From IMG/VR virus record IMGVR_UViG_3300038530_002154, positions 1-62,017 of that record: a stretch of 62,017 bases of DNA. One strand, given 5' to 3'. The DNA is from a virus. Its lineage: Duplodnaviria; Caudoviricetes. Shown piece by piece: positions 25,839 to 35,722 of the stretch. The notes below the pieces were generated by a model, which saw only the letters and a program-made list of their open reading frames with translations, ran no database searches and had not been told where the DNA came from. The position numbers and the translations under genes are program-made. Numbering within the stretch: position 1 is the first letter of the stretch; each line of letters starts with the position of its first letter.

Positions 25839-25976
25839 ATGAATAAATTAAAAACTTATCAATGTATCGAACACAATGAGATATTCTACATTGATGCGAA
25901 AAACATAGAAGAGGCAAGAGAACTTGCTATACTATGGGGAGGAAGTGTAATAAAACAAATTAAAAATTATGATTAA
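25839..25976 (+). CDS. Small protein MNKLKTYQCIEHNEIFYIDAKNIEEARELA... (45 aa, not in track)
   Basis: Manual translation; AT-rich leader. Confidence 0.7.
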   Translation: MNKLKTYQCIEHNEIFYIDAKNIEEARELAILWGGSVIKQIKNYD

Positions 25977-26223
25977 AAATGTAAGACAACATTGGACAAA
26001 AAGAGCCAAGGACAACCTAGTTGGTTGTAAGATTATAGGTGTAGAGTATATGCCTGAAAAAGAAGTAGAAGACATGATGTGGTATAGTTCACCACTATGT
26101 ATATTGTTAGAAAATCCAAAAGGAGAAAAGTTTTGGATATATCCAAGCAAAGATGATGAAGGCAATGATGGGGGTGCCTTATTCACAACAATCAAAGATT
26201 ACCCCATCGCGCCAGTAATATAA
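25969..26223 (+). CDS. Hypothetical protein (PSKDDEGNDGGALF motif)
   Basis: 84 aa. Confidence 0.8.
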   Translation: MIKNVRQHWTKRAKDNLVGCKIIGVEYMPEKEVEDMMWYSSPLCILLENPKGEKFWIYPSKDDEGNDGGALFTTIKDYPIAPVI

Positions 26224-26241
26224 ACTTTAAAATTAAAAATT

Positions 26242-26730
26242 ATGGGATTAGACATGTATTTAAGTAAAAAAACTTACGTAAAAAGATGGGAGCATCAGAC
26301 TCCTGAAGAAAAACACAGTGTGACTGTAAATAGGGGTGGTAAACCGCATCCGACTATTAAAACTGACAGAGTATCTTATGTAGTAGAGGAAATAGGATAT
26401 TGGAGAAAAGCCAATCAGATACACGCTTGGTTTGTAGACAATGTGCAGGATGGAGTAGATGATTGCAAAGATTATTATGTAGAGGCTGAGAAACTTAAAG
26501 AACTTTTAGATATTTGTATAGAGATTAAAAGTCTTTATGCAAAAAATAAACAAAAGTTTAGAAAGTATGCAAAAGAGAAACTTCCGACACGAGAAGGATT
26601 TTTCTTTGGTAACAATCAATATGGGGATGACTATATGTATGATATAAATCAAACCATAGAAATACTACAAGATGTATACGAAAAAGACGATCAGTGTCTT
26701 GGTGACTACACATACCAATCATCATGGTAG
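26242..26730 (+). CDS. Conserved phage protein (MGLDMYL / YWRKANQIH.WF / GFFFG family)
   Basis: Recognisable motif set; function unknown. Confidence 0.8.
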   Translation: MGLDMYLSKKTYVKRWEHQTPEEKHSVTVNRGGKPHPTIKTDRVSYVVEEIGYWRKANQIHAWFVDNVQDGVDDCKDYYVEAEKLKELLDICIEIKSLYAKNKQKFRKYAKEKLPTREGFFFGNNQYGDDYMYDINQTIEILQDVYEKDDQCLGDYTYQSSW

Positions 26731-27329
26731 TTCTTGTAGCGTGTGAGGAAAGTCAAGCAGTGACCAAGGCTTTTAGAGAACTTGGTCACGAAGCTTATAG
26801 CTGTGATATACTTGACTGCAGTGGAGGACATCCTGAGTGGCACATAAAGGGAGATGCAATAAAAGAAGCATACAGTGGAAAATACAGTATGATGATTGCG
26901 TTTCCCCCGTGCACCCACCTTGCCACTAGTGGTGCTAGGTGGTTCAAGGAGAAACAAAAAGACGGAAGGCAACAGTGTGGTATAGATTTTTTTATGAAGC
27001 TAATCAATGCACCTATCGACAGGATAGCAGTTGAAAATCCTGTTGGAATAATGAGCACGAAGTATAGAAAACCAAATCAAATTATACAGCCGTATGAGTT
27101 TGGAGATCCATACGAAAAGAGAACGTGCTTGTGGTTGAAAAATCTGTCCGAACTACAGCCCACAAACATAGTAGATCCTGCGCCTAGGATAAAGTTTGAT
27201 AGCGGGAAAACAATGCCCGCTTGGTATTCTGATGCTTGGAAACTTAGCAAAGAAGAAAGGTCAAAAGTTAGAAGCAAAACATTTCCAGGAATAGCAGAGG
27301 CTATGGCAAAACAATGGAGTAATAATTAA
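26724..27329 (+). CDS. Short DNA cytosine-5 methyltransferase-like protein
   Basis: VLVACEESQ motif I, FPPCTHL catalytic PC, AVENP, KRTCLWL, RSKTFPGIAEAMA. Confidence 0.8.
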   Translation: MVVLVACEESQAVTKAFRELGHEAYSCDILDCSGGHPEWHIKGDAIKEAYSGKYSMMIAFPPCTHLATSGARWFKEKQKDGRQQCGIDFFMKLINAPIDRIAVENPVGIMSTKYRKPNQIIQPYEFGDPYEKRTCLWLKNLSELQPTNIVDPAPRIKFDSGKTMPAWYSDAWKLSKEERSKVRSKTFPGIAEAMAKQWSNN

Positions 27330-27340
27330 AAACTAAAACT

Positions 27341-27529
27341 ATGAATCATTTTATGAATAACGCAAAAGAAATAGAAAAAAGCAAGTGGACTTATACAGTG
27401 TATGTTTACCATGGTGGTGAGCAGGAGGATGAGATATGGTACACCACTAGTATAGAGGAGGCTAGACAGCTTGCTAAGACAGGGGAACACTCTGAAATAA
27501 TTAATGCACAAGGAATTTCTGTGCAATAA
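27341..27529 (+). CDS. Hypothetical protein
   Basis: 62 aa; SIEEARQLA motif. Confidence 0.7.
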   Translation: MNHFMNNAKEIEKSKWTYTVYVYHGGEQEDEIWYTTSIEEARQLAKTGEHSEIINAQGISVQ

Positions 27530-27540
27530 TTAGAAATAAA

Positions 27541-27572
27541 TTTGCATATAATTAAAAAATAAATTATATTTG
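27541..27572 (+). promoter_or_regulatory. Middle (replication operon) promoter TTTG-N20-TATATTTG
   Basis: Full Bacteroidota consensus. Confidence 0.85.
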
Positions 27573-27592
27573 AAAACACAAATAAACTTAAT

Positions 27593-27736
27593 ATGGGAAA
27601 ATCAAGTGAAGAGTTTATGCGTCAAAGAGAGAGGGAGAGTAACTCACTCCCTCCCAATGTCATTGATGACATTTGGAGAAGCTACTTTGAATATATAAAT
27701 CAATTAAAATCAAATTATGAAAAGAGGAATATTTAA
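27593..27736 (+). CDS. Small protein MGKSSEEFMRQRE... (47 aa, not in track)
   Basis: First ATG after the promoter; the ORF contains two hairpins. Confidence 0.6.
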   Translation: MGKSSEEFMRQRERESNSLPPNVIDDIWRSYFEYINQLKSNYEKRNI

Positions 27737-28028
27737 TCGTTATGTCGACTACATTTGTCAAGAAATGAAAGTAAGTCGAGAGCAACTATTCTCTAAGAAT
27801 AGAACCGCCAGGGTTTCCACAGCAAGATTTTTATTATACAGTGTTTGTTATCAGCGACCAATGACAATCGTGCAGATTGTAGATTTGATGGCTGAAAACG
27901 GATACGACATAGCAAGATCTGCAGTGGAGTATGGTATTAAAAAATATCAAAACTCTGACGATGTAGATGTGGATTATTTTATAGACACAGCTGCCAAGGC
28001 ATGTGAGATAGAGAGTCCATATGTATAA
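27717..28028 (+). CDS. DnaA C-terminal (domain IV)-like HTH protein
   Basis: LFSKNRTARVSTARFLLY...SAVEYGIKK pattern. Confidence 0.6.
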   Translation: MKRGIFNRYVDYICQEMKVSREQLFSKNRTARVSTARFLLYSVCYQRPMTIVQIVDLMAENGYDIARSAVEYGIKKYQNSDDVDVDYFIDTAAKACEIESPYV

Positions 28029-28404
28029 TCATAGTCTTTACACTTTATGGGATGATGCTGTCAATGACAGAAAATCAGTAAACTTAAGTTCTGGAAACGA
28101 GGAGGCTTATATTTACAAGGGTATTAAAATAGTTAATACCAATGGAGATATAAAAATCTACAACACTAGAAAATTAGGCATGACCTACAAAGAAATATCA
28201 GACGATGATTATTATTTATTTCTAACTCATGGATTTAGAAAAGGTGTTCACGAAGTTATGAAGCATACCTACAAAGAACAAATAGAAAAAATAAATTCAA
28301 AAATTCATGGAGAAGTAAATAATAGAAACAATAAAAAGCACTATGAGGCTTTGAAACAAAGACGAGAGTCTTTATTAAATAAATATAGTAATTTAAATAA
28401 ATAA
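28021..28404 (+). CDS. Hypothetical protein
   Basis: 127 aa; overlaps the previous gene. Confidence 0.75.
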   Translation: MYNHSLYTLWDDAVNDRKSVNLSSGNEEAYIYKGIKIVNTNGDIKIYNTRKLGMTYKEISDDDYYLFLTHGFRKGVHEVMKHTYKEQIEKINSKIHGEVNNRNNKKHYEALKQRRESLLNKYSNLNK

Positions 28405-28406
28405 AA

Positions 28407-28997
28407 ATGGGAAACACAAAATCAACATTCAAAGAACTTACCGCTATAAATGTAAAGGGTAAGGTAGAAAAAAAGGGTAGATTTGATTATTTGTCCTGGG
28501 CATATGCTTGGGCTATAGTTAAAGACAAATACCCTGACACAAACAGAACTGTATATGAAAGTCCACACACAGGTCTTAATTATTTTACAGACGGAACCAC
28601 TGCTTATGTAAAGGTTGGTGTCACAGTAAATGGAGTAGAGCATATTGATTATCTACCTATTATGGACAACCAAAACAGATCCGTTGGGCAAGATAGGATC
28701 ACCTCTTTTATGGTCAACAAAGCCATACAACGTAGCACAGTCAAGGCAATAGGTATGCATGGATTAGGCTTATCGTTGTGGGCAGGAGAGGATCTAGTTG
28801 ATGTAAGTGTGTCAGCGCCAAGTGTAAAACCTAAAACAAAGGATACACTTAAAAAGACACACGAGAAATGGGATAGTGTTGTAGATTATGTAAAAAGCAA
28901 AAGCAATCAACCCTTTGCTACAACAATGATAGCTATAGAGAAAAAGTATGTAGTTCCTACTGCACTAAAGAAAGAGCTAGCAACTTATGGAAAATAA
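28407..28997 (+). CDS. DUF1071 (Sak3-like) single-strand annealing protein
   Basis: YLSWAYAW, YLPIMD, NKAIQRSTVKAIGMHGLGL.LWAGED. Confidence 0.85.
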   Translation: MGNTKSTFKELTAINVKGKVEKKGRFDYLSWAYAWAIVKDKYPDTNRTVYESPHTGLNYFTDGTTAYVKVGVTVNGVEHIDYLPIMDNQNRSVGQDRITSFMVNKAIQRSTVKAIGMHGLGLSLWAGEDLVDVSVSAPSVKPKTKDTLKKTHEKWDSVVDYVKSKSNQPFATTMIAIEKKYVVPTALKKELATYGK

Positions 28998-29718
28998 AAT
29001 AATCACAAAACTAAGGGATGATAGTAAGTATTATGGCGAGTTCGGTGGAAAATTTCTATCGAACTCTGACATAATTGACTTGCTGAACTACAAGTTTAGA
29101 GAGCCACGTAAGACACTAGATATGTTATATGGTAGATACTTTCATACTTTGCTTTTAGAACCTGAAAAACTTTCGGAGTTTCATATTTTAGATTCATCTA
29201 CAAGAACCACAAAAGGATTCAAAGAGTATGTATATGAAAACAAACTTGACTCCTATGATGTATTATTGGAAAAAGAAATACCGATGATTCAATCTTGGGC
29301 GGATAGAATGTTAGCTCATGATGAAATGAGATATGATATTGAGGATTTTGAAGCAAAGAAAGAGGAGCCAGGGATAGAGGCTTTGTTTGGAGTTATGTTC
29401 AAGGGTAAAGCAGATATTATAAACGATGAGTTTGTAATTGATTTGAAATCAAGTTCTAATATCAAATCCTGGAACAGAAGTGCAGACATGTATAACTATG
29501 ATAGTCAAGCATATATATATCAACAGCTGTTTGATAAGCCTGTAAAGTTTTACATAGTGGACAAGAAAACTTTAAACCTAAAGATTGCTACTGCAAGTGA
29601 GGAAACCTTGCTTCGTGGTAGAGATAAAGTCCTAAGAGCAATTGAAATTTACAAAGAGTATTTTGCTGAAGGTGCTACAGGAGACGTCAACCAAGTGGTT
29701 GAGGTTGTAGAATTTTAA
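28987..29718 (+). CDS. RecE-like PD-(D/E)xK exonuclease (DUF3799-type)
   Basis: LSNSDI, GRYFH..LLEP, KGKADI...VIDLKS, Y..QAYIY. Confidence 0.85.
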   Translation: MENKIITKLRDDSKYYGEFGGKFLSNSDIIDLLNYKFREPRKTLDMLYGRYFHTLLLEPEKLSEFHILDSSTRTTKGFKEYVYENKLDSYDVLLEKEIPMIQSWADRMLAHDEMRYDIEDFEAKKEEPGIEALFGVMFKGKADIINDEFVIDLKSSSNIKSWNRSADMYNYDSQAYIYQQLFDKPVKFYIVDKKTLNLKIATASEETLLRGRDKVLRAIEIYKEYFAEGATGDVNQVVEVVEF

Positions 29719-29771
29719 CATGGAGTCAGATGTGTTGCTCCTACTCAACACTCAAACTAATACTATTAATT

Positions 29772-30035
29772 ATGTCACAAGACAAAGTATTCGCAGATGG
29801 GTTCCTCTTCAAAAGGAGAGAGAACGCACCCGATTTTGTAATCGGCAACATAAGTGTAAAGGTTGATGAGGCTATTACATTTTTAAAAGACAACCAAAAA
29901 AATGGTTGGGTTAACCTTAATGTTTTAAATAGCAAGGGAGGAAAACCTTATGTAGAACTAGATCAGTTTGTTCCTAAAAAGAAAGAGACTGAAACAGTAG
30001 AGAGTGATAAAGAGACTGAGTCTCTTCCATTCTAA
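29772..30035 (+). CDS. Probable single-stranded DNA-binding protein
   Basis: Short beta-rich domain with an acidic tail ending in LPF; next to the annealase and exonuclease. Confidence 0.6.
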   Translation: MSQDKVFADGFLFKRRENAPDFVIGNISVKVDEAITFLKDNQKNGWVNLNVLNSKGGKPYVELDQFVPKKKETETVESDKETESLPF

Positions 30036-30053
30036 TAATTATCTAAGAGAGAG

Positions 30054-30098
30054 AGAAGGGCACGAGAGAATTCACACTTCAAGCCCTTTTCTTTTCTC
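30054..30098 (+). terminator. Possible intrinsic terminator
   Basis: AGAAGGGC...GCCCTTTT followed by CTTTTCTC; long loop. Confidence 0.5.
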
Positions 30099-30198
30099 TA
30101 ATCTATGTTGAAAATGTCAATTATTTTCCTTAGATATGTAAAAATAAAAATTAAGTATAATAAAATATATATATAGTATATAGTAGAATAAAATCGAC

Positions 30199-32622
30199 AT
30201 GCAAGAAAATAAAGTAACTATATTCAGAAACATAAAAGACACCTCAACACCTTTCTTTAGAGAATTAAATTCAATATTAGAAAGGATAAAAGAGGGGAAG
30301 TCAAAAGAACTTATCAAACAGATAAGGTCTGAAAAAAACAAAGAGGTAAGACAAGAACTCAAAAAGAATTTACCTGCAATATGTTTTTCTGGAACATTCA
30401 ATAAACGTAACGATGATAGTTTGATAGAACACTCAGGATTTATATGTTTAGACTTTGATGGGTATAAAACAAAAAAAGATATGATGTCTGAAAAGGAAAG
30501 GATATCTAAAGATAGATATACGTATGCTGTTTTTGTTTCTCCAAGTGGTAATGGGCTAAAGGTTTTGGTTAAGATACCAAAGGAGCCTGAAAATCACAAG
30601 AATTATTTCTTGTCATTAGACAAGCATTTCAATTCAGAATACTTTGATAAGACTAGCAAAAACTTGTCCAGGGTTTGTTACGAATCTTATGATCCCTTAA
30701 TACACATTAATACTAATGCACATTTGTGGACAAAGATTGAGGAACAAGAGTATAAGGTGGTAGATAAATATTCATCAAGACCTACGATACCTGTGACTGA
30801 TGAAAACAAAATAGTAGACATCTTAATGAAGTGGTGGACTAAGAAGTATGGATTAGTTGAAGGAGAAAGAAACAACAATGTTTATATACTTGCAGCTGCA
30901 TTTAATGATTATGGTGTAAACAAATCATTAGCCGAGTATATAATGTCACAGTTTGAAAGCCAAGGGTTTTCATTACAAGAAATAAAACAGACAATTAACT
31001 CTGCTTACACACAGACTCAAAACTTTGGATCAAAGTATTATGAGGATGAGGATAGAGTTAATCAAGTAAGAATGAAACTCAAAAGGGGTGTATCAAAAAA
31101 AGAAATCCGTCTTCAGTTAGCCGACTCTCAGATTGAAGACGCTGTAATTGATTCAGTGATTAATACAATAGAGGAGGATGAAACAGATAAGAGGTTTTGG
31201 ACTAAAAGTGAAAAGGGAGTCATAAATATAATACATTATTTATTTAGACAGTTTTTAGAGGACAATGGATTTTACAAGTTTTGTCCAGAAGGTAGTAGGA
31301 ATTTTATATTTGTAAGGGTAACCAACAACTTAATAGACCACACAAGCGAGGAAGAAATAAAAGACTTTGTGTTGGGATACCTGGAGGATTTAGATGATAT
31401 GTCTGTATATAATTATTTTGCAGACAAGACAAGGTTTTTTCGTGAGGAGTTTCTATCTCTTTTAGGAACTGTTGATGTATACTTTATTGAGGATGATAAA
31501 GACACAGCATATTTATACTACAGAAACTGTGCTGTAAAAGTAACTAAAGACAAAAAGACAACCATAGACTATTTAGATTTAGGTGGATATGTTTGGAAAG
31601 ATCAAGTTATTGATCGTGACTTTGATATGTGTGAGTCTTTTGATTGTGATTACAAAACATTTATTTCTAACATAGCGGGAGGCAACAAACAAACTATCAA
31701 GTCTATGAGAAGTACTATAGGATACATGTTGCATGGTTACAAAAACTTATCTTATTGTCCTGCAATAATTCTAAATGACGAAGTTATATCAGACAACCCT
31801 GAAGGTGGTACAGGCAAGGGTTTGTTTATTAATGGATTGTCTCAAATGAAAAAGTTAGTTGTGATTGATGGAAAAGCTTTCAATTTTGAAAAAAGCTTTG
31901 CATATCAATTAGTATCAGCTGACACTCAAATACTATGCTTTGATGATGTAAAGAAACATTTTGACTTTGAAAGATTATTTAGTGTAGTGACTGAGGGATT
32001 AACTTTAGAAAAGAAAAACAAAGACGCAATAAAAATTCCTTTTAAAAAATCGCCTAAGGTAAGTATAACCACAAACTATGCCATTAAAGGTAGAGGTGCT
32101 TCATTTGAGAGGAGAAAGTGGGAGTTAGAATTTAAACAGTTTTATACTAAAGATTTTACTCCCCTGGTAGAGTTTGGCAAGTTATTATTCTCTGAATGGA
32201 ATGAGGAGGAGTGGTGTGCCTTTGATAATTACATGGTAGAAAACTTAATGTTTTATTTAAGTAATGGATTAATCAAGGCAGACTTTAAAAATCTTACTAT
32301 TAGAAAACTATCAGCTGACACATGTCATGAATTTATAGAGTGGTGTGGGTTGGTTGGTGCAGACAATAAAAATGATTCAATTAAATACAATGAAAAGATA
32401 TACAAAAATGATTTGTATTTAGAGTTTATAGACGATAATCCTGATTTTGCTCCAAAGGCAAAACGAACCATTTCCAGAACAGAATTTTATAGGTGGCTGA
32501 ATTCATTCGCACTGTATAAAACAGGAATAAAACCTGATGAGGGTAGAGATCTAAATGGCAGGTGGATTATATTTTTAACTGACAAAACAAAAGTAAAGAA
32601 AGATGAGCAATTGGTATTCTGA
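30199..32622 (+). CDS. Primase-helicase (VirE-N/BT4734-like primase + PriCT + P-loop helicase)
   Basis: KKNLP..CFSG, GFICLDFD, SPSGNGLK, GERNN, GGTGKG, FDDV, TTN. Confidence 0.9.
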   Translation: MQENKVTIFRNIKDTSTPFFRELNSILERIKEGKSKELIKQIRSEKNKEVRQELKKNLPAICFSGTFNKRNDDSLIEHSGFICLDFDGYKTKKDMMSEKERISKDRYTYAVFVSPSGNGLKVLVKIPKEPENHKNYFLSLDKHFNSEYFDKTSKNLSRVCYESYDPLIHINTNAHLWTKIEEQEYKVVDKYSSRPTIPVTDENKIVDILMKWWTKKYGLVEGERNNNVYILAAAFNDYGVNKSLAEYIMSQFESQGFSLQEIKQTINSAYTQTQNFGSKYYEDEDRVNQVRMKLKRGVSKKEIRLQLADSQIEDAVIDSVINTIEEDETDKRFWTKSEKGVINIIHYLFRQFLEDNGFYKFCPEGSRNFIFVRVTNNLIDHTSEEEIKDFVLGYLEDLDDMSVYNYFADKTRFFREEFLSLLGTVDVYFIEDDKDTAYLYYRNCAVKVTKDKKTTIDYLDLGGYVWKDQVIDRDFDMCESFDCDYKTFISNIAGGNKQTIKSMRSTIGYMLHGYKNLSYCPAIILNDEVISDNPEGGTGKGLFINGLSQMKKLVVIDGKAFNFEKSFAYQLVSADTQILCFDDVKKHFDFERLFSVVTEGLTLEKKNKDAIKIPFKKSPKVSITTNYAIKGRGASFERRKWELEFKQFYTKDFTPLVEFGKLLFSEWNEEEWCAFDNYMVENLMFYLSNGLIKADFKNLTIRKLSADTCHEFIEWCGLVGADNKNDSIKYNEKIYKNDLYLEFIDDNPDFAPKAKRTISRTEFYRWLNSFALYKTGIKPDEGRDLNGRWIIFLTDKTKVKKDEQLVF

Positions 32623-32875
32623 TTTTAAATGGTGTGTTGAAAATGATTTCCAAGTATATGTAAAACCACTAAACAATGGAGGAGAATGTAAGATTGCAAT
32701 TAGAAAGGGAGGAATATCTACAGAGGGCAAGCCCTCAAAATATAATAAAGAAAAAGGCTTAACTTTGTATAGTAAAGAAACTTTAGGAACGGTAATTTAT
32801 AAAAACCAAAAGAAAGCATTTCAAGCTTTACCTAAAGTATACAACTATCTAAGAAAGCGCTATGGCAGTATATGA
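32603..32875 (+). CDS. Hypothetical protein
   Basis: 90 aa; overlapping operon arrangement. Confidence 0.75.
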   Translation: MSNWYSDFKWCVENDFQVYVKPLNNGGECKIAIRKGGISTEGKPSKYNKEKGLTLYSKETLGTVIYKNQKKAFQALPKVYNYLRKRYGSI

Positions 32876-33104
32876 CGAAGAAACTCAAATACATTTAGGA
32901 ATGCTTAATTCCTATGACATAGTAGTTTACAAAGTGCCTTATTCTGATTTGGCGATAACCACAAGTAGTTTTTTTATTCACGACATTACTAAACCCGTGA
33001 CTCAACAAACAGTTGATGATCTAATTTATTATTTCGAGCAAGAAGAAGACTATGAAAGGTGCGCAGAACTTCAAAAAATAAGACACGAATATGATACAAT
33101 TTAG
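32862..33104 (+). CDS. Protein with UvrB/C-type helical motif
   Basis: YFEQEEDYERCAELQKI. Confidence 0.6.
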   Translation: MAVYDEETQIHLGMLNSYDIVVYKVPYSDLAITTSSFFIHDITKPVTQQTVDDLIYYFEQEEDYERCAELQKIRHEYDTI

Positions 33105-34323
33105 AGATTACCAAAAAGACATAATCAAAAAGGCTTCCAATATATTAAGGGATGTCAAATTTGTTTACCTGTCTATGGAGGTTAGAACAGGAAAAACACT
33201 CACCTCTTTAGGCACCCTGGACTTGATGAGTGTGAACAAGGTATTGTTCATCACAAAGAAGAAAGCAATAGGTAGTATTATTGTAGACTACAAATTGCTT
33301 AGGCCTAACTATGAACTAGAAGTTATTAATTACGAGAGTCTTCACAAAGTAAAACAACGAGGTTGGGATGCTATTGTGTGCGATGAAGCGCATACATTAG
33401 GAGCATTTCCAAAACCCAACAAGCGAGCTAAACAAGTCAAGTCGCTTCTACTCAACAACAATTGTTTTGTAATGCTTTTATCTGGAACACCCACGCCTGA
33501 ATCTTTTAGTCAGATATATCATCAGGTTTACGGATTGTTTATGTCTCCGTTTAGAAAATACAACACCTTTTACAAGTTTGCAAGAGAGTATGTAAATGTA
33601 ACTCAAAAGAAAATAAATGGATTTATGATTAACGACTACAGCAGTGCAAAGAAAACTGTTTTGGACGAAATGAAACCTTATATGATTTCTTATACTCAAA
33701 AAGAAGCAGGCTTTGAATCTTCAATTAAAGAGATGGTTTTGATTGTTGAAGCTCCTAAATCAATTTATGATATGTGCAACAAACTCAAAAAAGACTTGGT
33801 GGTGGAGGGAAACAGCGAGGTTATATTAGCAGACACAAGTGTAAAACTGATGCAAAAGCTTCACCAAATGTATAGCGGAACTGTAAAGTTTGAAGGGGGA
33901 AATTCTATGGTGCTAGACACATTTAAGGCTGAATATATACAGGAGTATTTTAAAGATCAAAAAATTGCAATCTTCTACAAGTTTAAAGAAGAATACAATG
34001 CACTAAAACTTGTGTATGGAGACAAACTTTGTAACACCCTGGAGGAGTTTTGTAACTCAGATAAAAACATAGCACTTCAAATAATAAGTGGTAGGGAGGG
34101 AATATCACTCAAAGACGCTGATTGCTTAGTGTATTACAATATTGACTTTAGTGCCACAAGCTATTGGCAGTCACGAGATCGCATGACAACAAAAAACAGG
34201 CTACACAATAAAATTTATTGGGTGTTTACCGACAAGGGTATAGAGCCAAAAATATACAGAGCAGTAACTAAGAAAAAAGATTATACTCTGACACATTTTA
34301 AAAAAGACTTATTGAGTGTATAA
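33091..34323 (+). CDS. Superfamily 2 (SNF2-like) helicase
   Basis: FRDYQ, RTGKT, CDEAH, LSGTP, GREGISL, QSRDR. Confidence 0.9.
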   Translation: MIQFRDYQKDIIKKASNILRDVKFVYLSMEVRTGKTLTSLGTLDLMSVNKVLFITKKKAIGSIIVDYKLLRPNYELEVINYESLHKVKQRGWDAIVCDEAHTLGAFPKPNKRAKQVKSLLLNNNCFVMLLSGTPTPESFSQIYHQVYGLFMSPFRKYNTFYKFAREYVNVTQKKINGFMINDYSSAKKTVLDEMKPYMISYTQKEAGFESSIKEMVLIVEAPKSIYDMCNKLKKDLVVEGNSEVILADTSVKLMQKLHQMYSGTVKFEGGNSMVLDTFKAEYIQEYFKDQKIAIFYKFKEEYNALKLVYGDKLCNTLEEFCNSDKNIALQIISGREGISLKDADCLVYYNIDFSATSYWQSRDRMTTKNRLHNKIYWVFTDKGIEPKIYRAVTKKKDYTLTHFKKDLLSV

Positions 34324-34354
34324 TTTATTGGAAATTTTTTGTTATTTTGTTTTT

Positions 34355-34594
34355 ATGACAGAACAGCAAATTCAATCCAAAAGAATTAAAGAGCTCGAAA
34401 GCGAAGGTTATTACGTAATTAAATTACTTAAGACCAACAAAAATGGAATACCTGATTTACTTGCTATTCCAGAGAATTCAGATGTTTTATTTTCTGAAAT
34501 CAAAAAAAAGTCAGGCAAGGTGTCTGCAATACAACAATATAGAATAAAACAATTAAAAGAGCATGGAGTTAAAACAGAAATATATAGAGGATGA
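34355..34594 (+). CDS. VRR-NUC nuclease (resolvase-like)
   Basis: TEQQIQ, GIPDL, FSEIK, S.IQ; ATG at 34355. Confidence 0.85.
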   Translation: MTEQQIQSKRIKELESEGYYVIKLLKTNKNGIPDLLAIPENSDVLFSEIKKKSGKVSAIQQYRIKQLKEHGVKTEIYRG

Positions 34595-34874
34595 ATTTGA
34601 AATTGATGAGTATTTCATCAAACAAATACATGGATTCAAAAGAGCTAGCGTAAGAATCGCAGCAAAAATAGATTATATGTTTGGAATCAAACATACAGGA
34701 GGTAGAATGCAAAATATAGCAGGGCATGTCAATGATAAGGATGACAACCCTATATTTTTTGTGGTTGATTATTTTAGAGAGTCAGATGAAAGCCCAATCG
34801 TTCTGATTGATATTAGAGAAATAGAAGTAGATAGATATTTAGATTTTATTAATAAAAAAAGATATATTAAATGA
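34563..34874 (+). CDS. Hypothetical protein
   Basis: 103 aa. Confidence 0.7.
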   Translation: MELKQKYIEDEFEIDEYFIKQIHGFKRASVRIAAKIDYMFGIKHTGGRMQNIAGHVNDKDDNPIFFVVDYFRESDESPIVLIDIREIEVDRYLDFINKKRYIK

Positions 34875-35245
34875 AAGCAAACATGGCTCAACAGTTCGTT
34901 ATTAAATCTGTGGAAGAGACCACAGGTTTACACAATATAAGACAACACACTAGAAAAAGAGAATATGTAGACGCCAGGAGAATTGCTTATTTAATTATGA
35001 GAAAAATGTATGGAACCCCTTACTATCAAATTGCTAAACTATTTAACCGCAACCACGCCACAGTTATTTATGGTGTAAACAGTGCACAAAATCTTATAGA
35101 TACTGATCCTAATTTTCGTGAAACATATTTTGAAACATTGGCTGAAGTCAGTGGAGGAGGCACAAGAATGTCAGAAATCGTGCTACAGATTAAAGAATTA
35201 AAAAAAGAGTTTTTAACACTACAAAAAAACGGATATGAAATATAA
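34871..35245 (+). CDS. DnaA C-terminal (domain IV) HTH protein
   Basis: TRKREYVDARRIAYLIMR...IAKLFNRNHATVIYG. Confidence 0.85.
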   Translation: MKANMAQQFVIKSVEETTGLHNIRQHTRKREYVDARRIAYLIMRKMYGTPYYQIAKLFNRNHATVIYGVNSAQNLIDTDPNFRETYFETLAEVSGGGTRMSEIVLQIKELKKEFLTLQKNGYEI

Positions 35246-35468
35246 TTATGACGATATAGAAAAAATTGCAGAATTCAAAAGTTGGTCGGAAAAAAGAAAA
35301 ATTGACGAGCTTTTACGTATAGATTGCATTATGTATACGAATATGGGTAGTGATAGTACGAAAAAAGAAAGACTTAATACAAAAAAGAGATCCAGATCAA
35401 TTTACAGGCTCATTCAAAAAATAAATCCTGAGGTAGGAAAAAGCTTTTTATATCACATGGATAGTTAA
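35235..35468 (+). CDS. Hypothetical protein
   Basis: 77 aa. Confidence 0.75.
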   Translation: MKYNYDDIEKIAEFKSWSEKRKIDELLRIDCIMYTNMGSDSTKKERLNTKKRSRSIYRLIQKINPEVGKSFLYHMDS

Positions 35469-35533
35469 TAACTTTTTATTGTCGTGTTATGCATGTTTTT
35501 TAAGTTTTCTTTAACTTATTGCAAAACAGCAAC

Positions 35534-35722
35534 ATGACTGTCCAACCAAACAACCAAAATTCTATAAATTTCATCAATCTTTTGATGTCTAGAATTAATA
35601 CACTTACAGACGATGTGTATGAGTCTTTAATGGATGAAGACTACGACACGCTAAAATCTACGATCAAAGAGCTGCAAGGGGTGTTAAGGGACACTCAGAA
35701 ACTAGCAGACGATGAAATATAG
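35534..35722 (+). CDS. Small helical hypothetical protein
   Basis: ATG at 35534. Confidence 0.7.
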   Translation: MTVQPNNQNSINFINLLMSRINTLTDDVYESLMDEDYDTLKSTIKELQGVLRDTQKLADDEI

